Source of the DNA: Podarcis gaigeae
Taxonomy: Eukaryota
Length of the DNA stretch: 64,000 nt
Assembly (NCBI GenBank): GCA_964106915.2
Contig: OZ066919.1
Strand: one strand, 5' to 3'
Shown here: in pieces, positions 39,613 to 51,190 of the stretch
Position numbering within the stretch: the first letter of the stretch is position 1
How the letters are laid out: each line of letters starts with the position of its first letter
The notes under the pieces: model-generated
Told to the model about the DNA's origin: nothing
Seen by the model: only the letters and a program-made list of their open reading frames with translations
The model's database searches: none
Made by a program: the position numbers and the translations under genes

Positions 39613-41301
39613 GACTTCCGGGTCGGCGCCATCGCCGAATGGCGGACTCCCTCCGAGCTCCGGAGGGAGCCTGCACGGCAGGGGCTGGGTCCTACCGCAC
39701 CGGCGATGCGGGGACCCTTAAAAACCACGGCCACGGGGGCCGTGGACATGGAGACTCGGCTGGCACCGTTAGCGCCCTCCCGACTCGTGAAGGAGCCTTT
39801 TTAAAGGCTAAGGATCGGGTGCCGGGGAGAAGCGTGGTGTTTTGAGTCCTCTGCCATCCCTGCCGTGCGAAGCCGCATGCCATCCGGCGGAGAGCGCTGG
39901 CTTTTTCCTTTGAAAATTTGGACCTAAAAGAACAACCCGTAAGTAATTGGAATCTGGACTAAAAAGAGGGACAAAATTTTAAAAATTTCGGAGCGAGCGG
40001 GGGAGGCGCAAAAAAGGAAGTCAGCCACCCCCTCCATTGTAGAAGGGTCAAAACAAAGGATTTGATAACTAAGATCGGAATAACATCATTTTGGCAAGTT
40101 TGGAACCTCACGAGTGAAGAATATGAGATTGAGCTGGAGGAGGAAAGTAGAATTTGGACTTAAAAACACCCCCCCCCCTGGAACCCCGGGAGCGATCGAT
40201 GACGGTGTTTGGAGAGGAGAAAGGCAAGTTTTGACAGCTGTCAAAGAGCTGTCAAAGCAGAAAAACAAGATAGAGACTATGTTACAAGGACTTTGCAGGT
40301 TATATTTGTTATAAATTGGATACAAATTGCTTTAAATAAGGATTACAAAGTTACTAGGGCTAATGGATGTGATCTGGAAGAGAACTCAGTTTTTGCAATC
40401 CACCTAGAGGAGCCGAGGGATATCACAAGTGGTTTTAGTTGGAAATTTGAACAGAATTTTTTATCTCCTGGGAAACTGCAGAAATGGAACATTATTATGA
40501 CTACAGAGGCCAGTATACCGAAGAAGACAATGGAATCATCCGTTGTGGAATGAAAGGAACTTGACGTAATGTTTTGTTTCTGAGCAACAAGCCTCTGCAA
40601 AGGAACTAACTTTTGGAATTAGGACATTTGTGCAGGAAAACAGGGACAGAAAGAAATAGAAAGAGGAGTGTGGCCAATAAGAACAACAAAACAACAAGAA
40701 TTGGACTAAGTCGAAAGTGGGGACATTTGGGACATCCAGATTTGACAAGCTTAAGGATTATAATTTGGAGATTTTCACTCCTGGATATAAAAATCTGGAT
40801 GGAAAAAATGGGCCTTTCTTTGAGACAGAATCCTTTCATGATTGGACATGCGAAACTAAAGAGGACTGGCAAAGGACTATGACTTAGAGAGACGTGGAAA
40901 TATCGGACATTGAGGAATATTGGGAACGCAACCGGGAAAAGGGGGGGTGGGAAATGTGGAACCCAAAGGGCGTAAACTATGTTTTATTTAGGCTATATAC
41001 ATCCACATGGTATTCTAAAGTGGGGAACTCGTGGAGGGACTAAGCCGATTTTAGGGGAATGGAAAATAATTTTTTTTTTTTTATAAAAAAAAAAAAAAAA
41101 TTTTGGGTTAAGGATAACAAGTTTGAATTGAGGAGAAGAACTTGTTGAGATTATCTGTTTATTTGAGAGATTTGGAATACAAGGGGGGGAGGGAAGGGGA
41201 AGTCCTGAAAGGATGTAATTGGAAAAAGATTTGAAATTGGATGTTTTATTAATTTGTAATTAATTGGAAAACTTTAATAAATATTTTTAAAAAAAAAAAA
41301 A
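39613..41301 (+). mobile_element. L1-derived, apparently non-autonomous retroposon (1.69 kb)
   Basis: Perfect 16-bp TSD GAGAAGCAGCATAAAC (39597-39612, 41302-41317); CpG-rich 5' end starting GACTTCCGG; AATAAA at 41276-41281 and A13 tail; no long ORF. Confidence 0.85.
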
Positions 41302-41563
41302 GAGAAGCAGCATAAACTACGGACACCCTGAACACTCCATGAATGATTATTCTAAAAAAGAAAACCTCATCAGTTACTGCACAGGTGCATTCATAATGCA
41401 TGCACACAGTATTTCCCATCATTAAAAGAGAAACAGGGGCTTGTGGCCCACATTTCTGAACCATACTAGCCTATGAGCCTGAGAGATGATTACCAGCTTT
41501 TCATAGCAAATATATACCATACTCTCAATGGGAATAGAGAATGTGCAATGTCATGAAACTCAC

Positions 41564-41658
41564 CTTTGAGTTTGTGATCCAGGTATTCCAGGATTACTCT
41601 AATGAGTTGGACTATTGCAAGAATTAAAGAGCCAAATGCTAGGGAACCAGTGTGATAT
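41564..41658 (-). CDS. SLC44A5: SLC44A5 coding exon
   Basis: tactag|A...G|gtgagt; RYHTGSLAFGSLILAIVQLIRVILEYLDHKLK (CTL signature). Confidence 0.96.
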
Positions 41659-42365
41659 CTAGTAGGAAAAATATATGGTACGAATCAGGAAGACACAGTG
41701 CTGTTATGATAAACAACACAGGTGAGACAGCTGACACAACTTCCCCCCCTCTCCAAACTATGAATATATCAATGGATTGCAAAATGCAGCTTCCTATACT
41801 GCAATTAAATAATTCTCTTATATTAATAAATCATGTATACACAAAGTATCCCTTTCTTTTGCTTTTGATTTCTAGCTTGCTCCTATCTCCAGGGCTAAGG
41901 GGAGGGTACATTTCAAAGCTTCTAAATATCTTATGTAAAGCAGCAAATGGGAAAGGCTTAATGACTGAGAAGAGACTTTATGTGGTAAGCAGGGCTTATG
42001 ATGGGGCTGAGTCACAGAACTGCCCTTCCTACACTGACGTTGCTGCTGCTTACCTGGATGGAGGTAGGGCATGCCCAGGTGGTTGCACTGTCAGGAGCCC
42101 CCCATATCAATCTGGCAATTCTGCTAGTGTAACCGCATGGCTCCAACCTGCCCCACAGCGAAGATGTGATGTTAGGAGGGCAGCTTAGTGGTCTGATTCC
42201 ACCACATGTGCTGCTTCTGATATACCAACTGGACATCCAAGTATAGCGGTGTATTAAATTCTGTAATTGTTTTGATTCTAAAAGCCACTTTTCACTGTAA
42301 GGTATAGGGCACATTTCTAAAAGCAGAAACAGATACGAATGCGGACGAGTGATTCTTTAACTTAC

Positions 42366-42628
42366 CGTATTGCTCGTCCAAATGAAGAAAAGAGTGGGCA
42401 TGCTGGAATATCAGCAGGTTTTCTAAAGGCCCAGTAGTAAGAGGCAAAGGCACCAGCAAGAGTACACTGACCCAATGCAATTGCAAAGTTCACCAGCCAG
42501 AGGAACACAAACACGTTGCTGATTTGAAATATTAAGATGTATCTGTGGTACAGGCTTTCTCCACCATAGAAAGCAAAAGTACACTGGGCTCCTGGACACA
42601 GCTTGGTTACATTGGTTGTGTTGAATGT
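42366..42628 (-). CDS. SLC44A5: SLC44A5 coding exon
   Basis: ccacag|ACA...CG|gtaag; [25 protein letters not shown]...[25 protein letters not shown]...FGRAI (CTL-family motif). Confidence 0.96.
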
Positions 42629-43022
42629 CTGTGGACAAGGGGAGGGGGGAAAGGTCACAAATAAGGGGATATAAAAATGTTTCAGTACAATTCTAAATCG
42701 TCAACACATTAATAAATCTGAACTGGTAGTTAGCTCATCTGGCAAATGATTTCATGAGAATAGTCCTAAAGACTGGCAGCAATGGTCCATGTTACCCAGT
42801 ATCTTGCCCGTGGCAGCAGCTAGTCACAGGTAATACAGAAGGTTCCTAATGGAACTAAGGGCTAATAAAGTAACTACATAGGGGCCAACATTTTTGGTCC
42901 CATTTGGGATCTTGAGAAAGTGCTGTGGGCGCCAGTCTCAAATGGCTGCCATTGGGGCGTGGCATAACACAAAATAGCTGCTGTGGGAGTGGCACAAAAC
43001 AAAATGGTTGCCTCAAGTAAAG

Positions 43023-43026
<4 letters not shown>

Positions 43027-43102
<76 letters not shown>
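43027..43102. repeat. (GA)n microsatellite
   Basis: Directly visible. Confidence 0.97.
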
Positions 43103-43104
<2 letters not shown>

Positions 43105-43915
43105 CACAAAATATTGTGGATGTACCCTCTCCCCCTCTGACAGGAGAAAGGCACCCACACCAGCCACCGCCACCACACTAACTCACTCAAGGGAAGCTTT
43201 TTGCACTACTATTGAGTTCAAATAGGAAAGAGACAGTCGTTGTCCAGTCCTGACAGTCAATGAAATGCGGGCATGTTCTATGGAGAGACCAAGCCCATGC
43301 AATCATGAACTGAGCAGGAGGAGCAAACAGTCTTCAATTTATTCTGAGATTGTGAGGGGATATTTAACGAGACCTTCCACAGGCAGTACAGAAGATACTG
43401 ATGACTCCTGAACTAATAATAAGTGGGACATATAGGTTTCATTTCATTTCATCTCTCTTTTAATTTGTATACCACCTTTCTGTATTATTACACAGCAATA
43501 AAATATACAACAAAGAACACAAAGTTTATAAATAACCTGATCCAATACATAAAGTCATAATAAAACATAGTTTTAAAATGGAATGACTTCCATCAAATAA
43601 AGTAATATTCAATAATCTTTTAGAATATAATAGCACACAATAAAATTAACTCTCAAAACCTCAGCAAATAATAATTGAATAGAAATTCACTCTTACCAAT
43701 TAAAATAAAGAATTACTAATCCATGATCAATAAAAATAACTGCAAGTCGCAATGTAGAAAATACAATACATTCAAAACCATGTAAAAGGATCAAATTGAG
43801 AAACAAAGACACACAAGTAATAATGATGGTGGTGATGTTCATGTGTGCAGTTCTATTAGAAAGTATAAGGAGTGGAGAACCTGCATTGTTTTTCAAACTG
43901 ACTTCATATGTATAG

Positions 43916-44219
43916 TTCCAGTTACAGATAGGTAGCCGTGTTGTATCCATTTTTCATTTTTCACCTTCTCACCCCTTGCTTTTTCCTGTAAGACCTATTG
44001 CAGTCGTTAAGAGTCGTCAACAGGCTCAACATAGCTATCTGCCAATCACCCATTCCTACCACTCTTCTGAGTAATACCCCTCCCCACCTTCTCACTATAT
44101 AGAAGGGTCTGGTAACTTCTGTTTCAGTGTATCTGAAGAAGTGTGCATGCACACGAAAGCTCATACCAAGAACTAACTTAGTTGGTCTTTAAGGTGCTAC
44201 TGGAAGGAATTTTTTTGTT
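43916..44219 (+). mobile_element. Short Penelope-like element (pseudo-LTR remnant with probable inverted 5' piece)
   Basis: 13-bp TSD TTCATATGTATAG (43903-43915, 44220-44232); contains a minimal hammerhead; 3' part shared with 46191-46274. Confidence 0.8.
44129..44166 (+). ncRNA. Minimal type I hammerhead ribozyme motif
   Basis: GTAT-CTGAAGA-A-GTGTG(CATG)CACAC-GAAA-GC-TC-ATAC: stem I GTAT/ATAC, both core boxes, stem II, palindromic AGCT in place of stem III. Confidence 0.8.
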
Positions 44220-44295
44220 TTCATATGTATAGGACATTCAAGAAGAGCTAGAATTCACATAGCATTTTACAAAAATAAAATAAAATGCTGCTTAC

Positions 44296-44383
44296 CTCTG
44301 GGTAACAGGTCAGATTTGCATACTTGCACAGGCTTTGATTAGCCATGACTTTGTACACAGGTTCTCCGGATGTAGCTAGAAAG
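44296..44383 (-). CDS. SLC44A5: SLC44A5 coding exon
   Basis: aatcaag|C...GAG|gtaagc; VFLATSGEPVYKVMANQSLCKYANLTCYPE. Confidence 0.92.
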
Positions 44384-45220
44384 CTTGATTTAATTGGGTT
44401 AAGTAGGAAACAAAATCACAGACTCTGAACAGAGAAACATAGCACAAGAGATACTTGGCATTCACAGGGAAAGCCCCAGAGAATACATTTAATTTCTGCC
44501 TTTCCATGTCTAGCATAAAATATGATACCCACTGTGCGAATGCACTTTCTACAACCCTATTTACTGTGCCTGCAAGCACTTCCAACAGGAGAGTAAAGCA
44601 GTTTGCTTAATAACAAGTACAGCAGTGCGGTAACCTTGGGGGTAAGCACAGAAAAGGAAATGGTATGATTTAATGACTTCGTATATGGACACCATAGGGA
44701 AAGCTATGGGCAGATACAGAAAAATAAAAAATAAAAATACATCTCCAGGTGATCACTTTGACGAGAGAGAAAAAGCTATAAATATTACTCTTCCGGGATG
44801 CTTTCCCCCCAAATGCAAAGTGGTATCGGCAATACAAAACTGAGATTCCATTACCCTACAAGATTCATCCAGAATGTGGCGCTGAGAAAGTACGAATCAA
44901 TCTCGTAAGATGTTCAGGTGTCACTGTTATAAGAAGACTTCAAGAACTTAAGGTGAATGTTGTGGGGATCTCCCAGGATATGCAACCCCCTAAAAGCTTC
45001 CACACCAGTTTCCTGCCAAGCTTGGACTTGAATAGTGGAGCCCTACTCAACTGAGACATAAAACTGACCAAGGACTCTTCTGCCTCCCCACGCACCACCA
45101 CACACAATGTAGCTTCTTTTAGAAGAGGCGGCACTCTCCTTACTTTCTGTCTTAGTGCTAAAATGCTGAACTAGGAATGCAAGAAGCATCCAGGCACCTT
45201 TCTTTCTCAAAGAAGGATAC
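44384..45220 (-). other. U12-type (minor spliceosome) GT-AG intron of SLC44A5
   Basis: 5' site GTATCCTT; branch-like CTTAAC with A at about -16; no polypyrimidine tract before the AG. Confidence 0.85.
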
Positions 45221-45313
45221 ACAGCTGTCACTGCCCAGTAAGAAATGCAGATTGCGATAAGGATGAAGGTGATGATTGGGTAGAATAATGTGGACATGAT
45301 GTAGCCAATTGCT
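45221..45313 (-). CDS. SLC44A5: SLC44A5 coding exon ending at a U12-type donor
   Basis: ttttag|A...GT|gtatcctt; [31 protein letters not shown]. Confidence 0.93.
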
Positions 45314-45837
45314 CTAAAAAGAGAGAGGGAAAATATACTTGTAAGCCATAAATATCAAAGTTTATGTGCCTTTTTAACCTTTGAAATGTTTTCCACTCTT
45401 GTTTGACTGAGTTGATATGTTCCTTAGTAAAATATTCTTTATTGTTATTTCTGGTTTCCTACTTTCTCTTTTTATTATAAAACCTCATATTACTGCCTGC
45501 CACCATTTTCTGTTGCATTCTGTTCCCGGTTCTATCTCCTCCTCCATTTCATTCCTCTTTAACACTCTGTCATTGTTTTTTAGATTATCATTTTTATGTA
45601 TTTTGCACTGAGATGTATTGATTTTCCTGTACGTTGGCTTTTGCTTTCAGGTTTCATAACATTGATTCTTTTCTTCTTCTTAATTCCCCCTGAGCTGTCC
45701 AGGCTGTGGTTGCTACTGTGCACCTTGTCCTCTCTGGAAGCCCTGCTCCCAGTGCTTAGCATATCGTTGTTGTTTTTAAGCTGTCACAGCCAACCTGGTT
45801 CACTTTTGCTCCCATACAATGCTGTAGTAAATCCTTT

Positions 45838-45881
45838 CTTCCTTCCTTCCTTCCTTCCTTCCTTCCTTCCTTCCTTCCTTC
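45838..45881. repeat. (CTTC)n microsatellite
   Basis: Directly visible. Confidence 0.97.
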
Positions 45882-46190
45882 CGGGAATGTTTGTAGGGGT
45901 AAAACATAGTGGGTAGAATTCAACACTGAACTCTTCTAACTGTTCCATCAGCTTGCCAGACAGAATAATCCCAAATTGAAGGGCCAGTGAGGATGGAGTA
46001 AGCTCTGTTTCGCAAGTGGAGGTGTCTGTGCAGGGCTTTCACTTAACAGGGCTCATTAGGTGCATCCTACCCACTGCATTTTGCTGTTGAAGCATTTTTC
46101 TGCAACCTTCACTGCTGAGGGAATGGAAAGCTGATAATGCTTTTCTGTAATACTGCCCCATATAGAACAAGGCTCAAGCACTGCATAATA

Positions 46191-46274
46191 GTGAAAAAGT
46201 GTGCATGGACACGGAAGCTCATACCAATAAGAAACTTAGTTGGTCTCTAAGGTGCTACTGGAAAGAATTTTTTA
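46191..46274 (+). mobile_element. Decayed Penelope-like 3' fragment with mutated hammerhead
   Basis: Close to 44133-44215, but the core reads GTGAAAA and GGAA. Confidence 0.75.
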
Positions 46275-48174
46275 CATTAAACAGTAGTTCCACATGGGAA
46301 AATCATGACTGGTGCTAGAAACCCCTTGAATAGTTTTGAGTCACTGGAGAAAAGTATCACCTTATGCTACTTAAGGAATAATAACCACAAATCAGTGGTT
46401 TTCAGGAATTAACGACAGATCTCTTGGTTGACAGTGAAGACACAGACCGTTTGTTCTAACAAACTGCTTGTTAACTGTTCTAGCAATAGATTGTGAACGC
46501 TTTATTGCTTAATATAAATTGCCTTTTCATTGAAAAAATGTTAAACTGAGCTGGGGGGGGATCATTTAGCTCTCAGTCATTAGCAATGTATTTTTCAAGG
46601 CCTTGACTATAGGGTATGCTCTGCTGCATTCATAATTATTACATGCAGCATTTCTTTTCATGCATTATGCATAAATATCAGAAAGTATTGCCCTCAAGTG
46701 ACCTTTGAAGGCAGAGGCAAAACTATAAGGCATCATTACCTCCTACCAGGAAGTTTATAAAGTTTCAAGAGTGTTTCTGTTTGACGCTTATTTGAATAAA
46801 AGCATCTTATTTTACCAAGTGGCTCTGAATTGTAATGATAAGGATAAAATTATATAGTACAGACTGGTGCTGCAACAAATAACTGCTGAACTCCATATTT
46901 ATAGCTTTAATGAAAAGTGACTGTTACATATTTAAATCACAGTCTCTTTATTCCACAATTCCACTCTTTATTCCATATTTTGATGCTGCTGGCTTGAAAG
47001 AAAATCAGCTCCAAGAAAGGGCACAGGTACATATTCGCGTTCCAGCACTAGTATGATGAAGCCGTTAGCTGTATAAATGCTGTTTATGACAACAGATTCA
47101 AGAAATCTATACACTTGGTTACTCAAGCATAGGTTGCCACTGGGACGAAATCTGTTCTCACTTACAGCATCAACATCACGGGAAGAATGTTGACTGTTTG
47201 ATAAAACGGTCTACCAAATTCACTATAAAAGTGGCGTACTTTTAGATCTAAAGACTTGGTGTGTGAAAAGACCAATAAAGATAACAAATAAATGTTGCCT
47301 ACATAAAAATAAGTGTTTTATATGCAAGAAAATACAATGCCCATGTTAGCACAGGGATCCTTCAGCAGTTTAGTGGCTACATTCATTCATTCAATTTATA
47401 TACTGCACTATACCCACAGGTCTCAGGGCGATTTACACCACTTTTAGACTGTGTTACTGAGCAATTTCTGTTCTACACCTTGACAGATGTTCTACATGGA
47501 CTTCTGGATTATATTCTGCCATCCTCACTGTTGAATATTTATATGTGGGATGAGACTGTTAAATAGCCTGGCATGTGGTGGCATTAATATTCACCCAACT
47601 GAATTTTTCACTCTCAGTGCTTCTAAAAACAACATTCTCAATAATGGGCTGGATGAAGGATATGCACCAGTTGTGGCCCACCTAATCTTACGGGTGTTGT
47701 TTGCCAGTTCTTAAATGGGGCCATAGTACTTCTGGCACAGTATATTTACAATCTGGGTGCACTCCATGAGAGAGGTTTGCTCCTGGATGCTAGATATGTC
47801 CTGTGCCTTCTGTTAGGAACATCTGAAATGCTGGTTACAAATTTTCATGAGGGTCTTTTTAAAAATTATTTTTTGAATTTATGCCTTCCACATGCCTCTA
47901 AGTCGATTGACATATAACTAAAAATAGCTTTAAGAACAGTACAAAAAGGATAATTATAAATAGACTAATAAAAAAAGTCAATACAGTATAAACACCTAAG
48001 GTAGAGACAGTTTCATCCAGCAGCAAAAACCTGTTGAAACGAAAATGTCTTGAATTGTTTCTGGAAAGTACAAATAGAGGACATGTGTCATATCTTAACA
48101 GGGATGCTGTTCCACAGAACTTGTCCCTACTACATGTTAGCACTGCAGACTACATGGCTTATACGTGTTGCTGT

Positions 48175-48330
48175 GCTTGAATTACAGGCAATTCACAACG
48201 CAGCTGCTGTTCTTTGGCTAGGGTGCCAGTAGACACAGGGAGAACATCATGCCCATGACCTTGATGTTGCATTGATTTCCAATCACTTTGCAGGCTGCTG
48301 CATATTGACCTCTCCATGTGACTACTTGAT
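48175..48330 (+). mobile_element. Old L2-like ORF2 fragment
   Basis: LQAIHNAAA..L.G followed by a decayed LHWLPI-like motif. Confidence 0.45.
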
Positions 48331-48551
48331 AATTTGAGGATCTAGTACCAAGTGATACTTTCCCCTATTCTTCAGGAGAGAAATCGTATGAACTGAGCAA
48401 CTGCATGATTAGGCATTCATGAGTCACTCTCAATAATATCTGCATGGTGAGAGGGAGGGGCTTGTCTCACTCCTTCAAAGTGCTATTTCAGCACCAAAAA
48501 AACAATGCAAATATGAGAGGTCCAAGGATTATGTGTTTCCAGTATACATAC

Positions 48552-48651
48552 CTGCTACCTTCTTTCAAAAGTGCAATGGCGATTCGGATTCGATTTCTCA
48601 GAAATATTAACATTAGTATAATGACAACTTCCACTATGCAAAGTAGTATCA
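48552..48651 (-). CDS. SLC44A5: SLC44A5 coding exon (transmembrane)
   Basis: tttcag|TG...AG|gtatgt; [33 protein letters not shown]. Confidence 0.94.
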
Positions 48652-50157
48652 CTGAAAGCAAGAAAATTAAGTTTATCGACAGATATCAAACCAGGACATC
48701 ATCGCTTTCAAGTGCCTGGTTTCAGTGCTGCACTTCACAAGTCCCCACATGTCTGAATTTAGCCCGGATTTCTAAAGTGCTTGGAAAGCATAATGCCAGC
48801 CAGAATGTGTGCCCCTGTCCTGATTACATTTGTGTGTTGTGTTTAAGGTTCATACTTGATGAGCATTATAGTATATGAGTGTTTGTGAATGTTTTGTCTT
48901 AAAATAAAGCAATAAAATGCTGTGCTTTGCTTGAAATGCTCAGTTCCATTTGAAGAAATACATATTTACGATTAGACAGTCATTATCCAGTGGTTGGCTT
49001 TTGCTGCTAGTTTAGCATAGTATTTGGGAAAGATGAATGGAATTGATGTTTTAAAAGATGTGTCTGATCATGACCTCTATCATCCCAGTGCCACTCAAAA
49101 ATAATTCCAAGATAATCAGGATCGTTATTTGAGCCTAAAAGCAGCCTGAGAACAGTGTGGAAATGGGAGTGGAGCTTGGAAATATGATTACATAACAAAT
49201 AATTTTGAGGATGTTGTCACATAAAATTGTGTAGTAAATATCTGTTACTTGATGAACATTTTCAGGGACAGCTGCAACTGTGTGGCAATTGACATTTGCT
49301 ATAATGCAGAATTTTTAAATATTCCTTAAACTGTAATCAAGCATTTAAGAACATTTTAAAACACTTTTAACAAATTACTAATGATTGTGTGTAAACTGTC
49401 ACACAGTTATTGCAGTGACAGTGATGTATTATTTTTTATTACATTCTCCCACTTCTCCCAGCTTTCATACTGTTTTGTGCGTATGTGCCAGTACTCCCAG
49501 TAAACTGAATAAACTGTGAGATTATTATACAAATTCCTCTCAGGTTGTTTACATACTCGGGCACGTGTTCACATTAGCTGTCCCCCGCCCCCAATGTTAC
49601 TCCTTGAAGAACAACCTTCAGTTTACTCGCCTTTTCCAAATCTGACACAGAAAGTATACTGCAATTTGCAATGAACAATTTCACATGGCAATGGATGGAT
49701 GCTGGGCTGACACACAATGATTTCCATACCCTTCACCTTGGATAATCAAGCACTGAACAGTGCCCAATGCATTTGAGAAACAGATCCATGAGAGCAGAAA
49801 GTGCAAAGGCAGAAAATTGCATGGCGGGCCCAATAATCATGTGGAAAATATATTATGCAAATTAGCTCCTCGAGGCAACTTCCTCACTTGTTCCAGAAAC
49901 AAACGCTCTCCAAGGATGTATGCTCAGGTTTTAATTGAGAGCTGTATGATTTCAGGAGTTTCATGGCTAATGGCATTGTAACATTCTTGATTTTTTATGA
50001 AAACAAAAAGCAAGCATCTATGTTTCTGTAACTTTATGGGATACATTAAAGAGAGAAGCATCCCAGGCTATTCCTGAGGACCGCTTTTTATATATATAAT
50101 ATATAAATCCAAAAGGAAACACCCCCCAAAAACCAAGACACAGAAGAAAACAATGGC

Positions 50158-51168
50158 ATGGCCCTCCTTCCTTATATCAAGGGCACTACAGATAAAATTA
50201 GCAAAATCCTCCATAAACACAATATCAAAACAGCCTTTTGCACCAACCAAAAAATAGCCAATATCCTCAGAAACCCCAAGGATAAAATCCAGTTGGAAAA
50301 CCAAGGGATCTATGAAATACCCTGCAAAGTCTGCCCAGCCACGTACATTGGACAAACAAACAGACGAATAAATGCACGTATCGCAGAACACAAGAATGCC
50401 GTCAAAAAAGAAGAAAAAACTTCCTCTCTTTTCCAACACATGAAAGAAACAGGACACGAAATTAATTTTGCAGATTCCAAATTGCTCTTTAACACGGAAC
50501 ATCACCACAAGAGAATAATCATGGAAGCCATCGAGATAGAGAAACACCCTCACAACATGAACAAGCGTGACGACACATCCCGCTTGCCAGACATCTGGAA
50601 ATTAGCCCTCCCCACAAAAACTGACACCAGATCCAGAGGCACACAGAACGCCAACACCAATCAACCACACCAGACCCAAACCCAGACCCTCTCCACAGAT
50701 GAATTACTGACACCATCCAGTAGCCAATCCATGGTGGCACCTCCGGATGCTGCACCCCCCTGCAATCCCTACACAGATCGGGCTGACACAAGCCACAAAA
50801 CCACAGCTCGCCCCTATACACGAAGCCAAGCCAAAGCACAACTAAGTGCAATACAGCCATCTTCTCAGGAAAACTCTTCACAAAGTTCAAGAGGTCAAGA
50901 CACAAAGACTTTAGCAACTAATCCACACCTAATGACCCACCTAAGTGGTACTCAGGATATCACTCAAGAAATCACTCAAGGTATCTCTCAAGTAATTAAG
51001 GAACAAAAGAAGAAAAGGCACACTAGCCTGGGAACTTCCTCTCTGCCCAGAACATTGGAGGCTAGACACCACACCCCCTCTACAGTATTTATAGGAACTC
51101 AAACATTGAGATCCCGCTCTGTTCCAGTAACAAGAAGCCGAAAGCACCAGCCTGAAGATGACGAGTGA
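50158..51168 (+). CDS. Penelope-like ORF remnant: RT-EN linker, GIY-YIG endonuclease, S/T/Q-rich tail
   Basis: LPYIKG...GIYEIPCKVCPATYIGQT.R....RIAEH...H...GH...EAIEI...N; frame is open from 50107, so the ATG is internal. Confidence 0.85.
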   Translation: MALLPYIKGTTDKISKILHKHNIKTAFCTNQKIANILRNPKDKIQLENQGIYEIPCKVCPATYIGQTNRRINARIAEHKNAVKKEEKTSSLFQHMKETGHEINFADSKLLFNTEHHHKRIIMEAIEIEKHPHNMNKRDDTSRLPDIWKLALPTKTDTRSRGTQNANTNQPHQTQTQTLSTDELLTPSSSQSMVAPPDAAPPCNPYTDRADTSHKTTARPYTRSQAKAQLSAIQPSSQENSSQSSRGQDTKTLATNPHLMTHLSGTQDITQEITQGISQVIKEQKKKRHTSLGTSSLPRTLEARHHTPSTVFIGTQTLRSRSVPVTRSRKHQPEDDE

Positions 51169-51190
51169 GACCTCGTCGAAACGTCGCCTA
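51148..51190 (+). ncRNA. Minimal hammerhead ribozyme motif of the Penelope-like element
   Basis: CTGAAGA-T-GACGAG(TGAGAC)CTCGTC-GAAA-CG-TC; palindromic ACGT; stem I weak (2 bp visible). Confidence 0.65.

Noticed and set aside
39613-40030. CpG-island promoter of a nested host gene, and the 130-aa ORF at 39453-39845
   Set aside because: The CpG-rich block starts exactly at the TSD boundary, so it belongs to the insertion; the ORF crosses that boundary and reflects GC richness.
42855-43225. SLSLSL / ERERER ORFs
   Set aside because: Translation of the (GA)n microsatellite.
50158-50630. Homing endonuclease or horizontally acquired GIY-YIG gene
   Set aside because: The linker, Cys/His pattern and downstream hammerhead are typical of Penelope-like retroelements.
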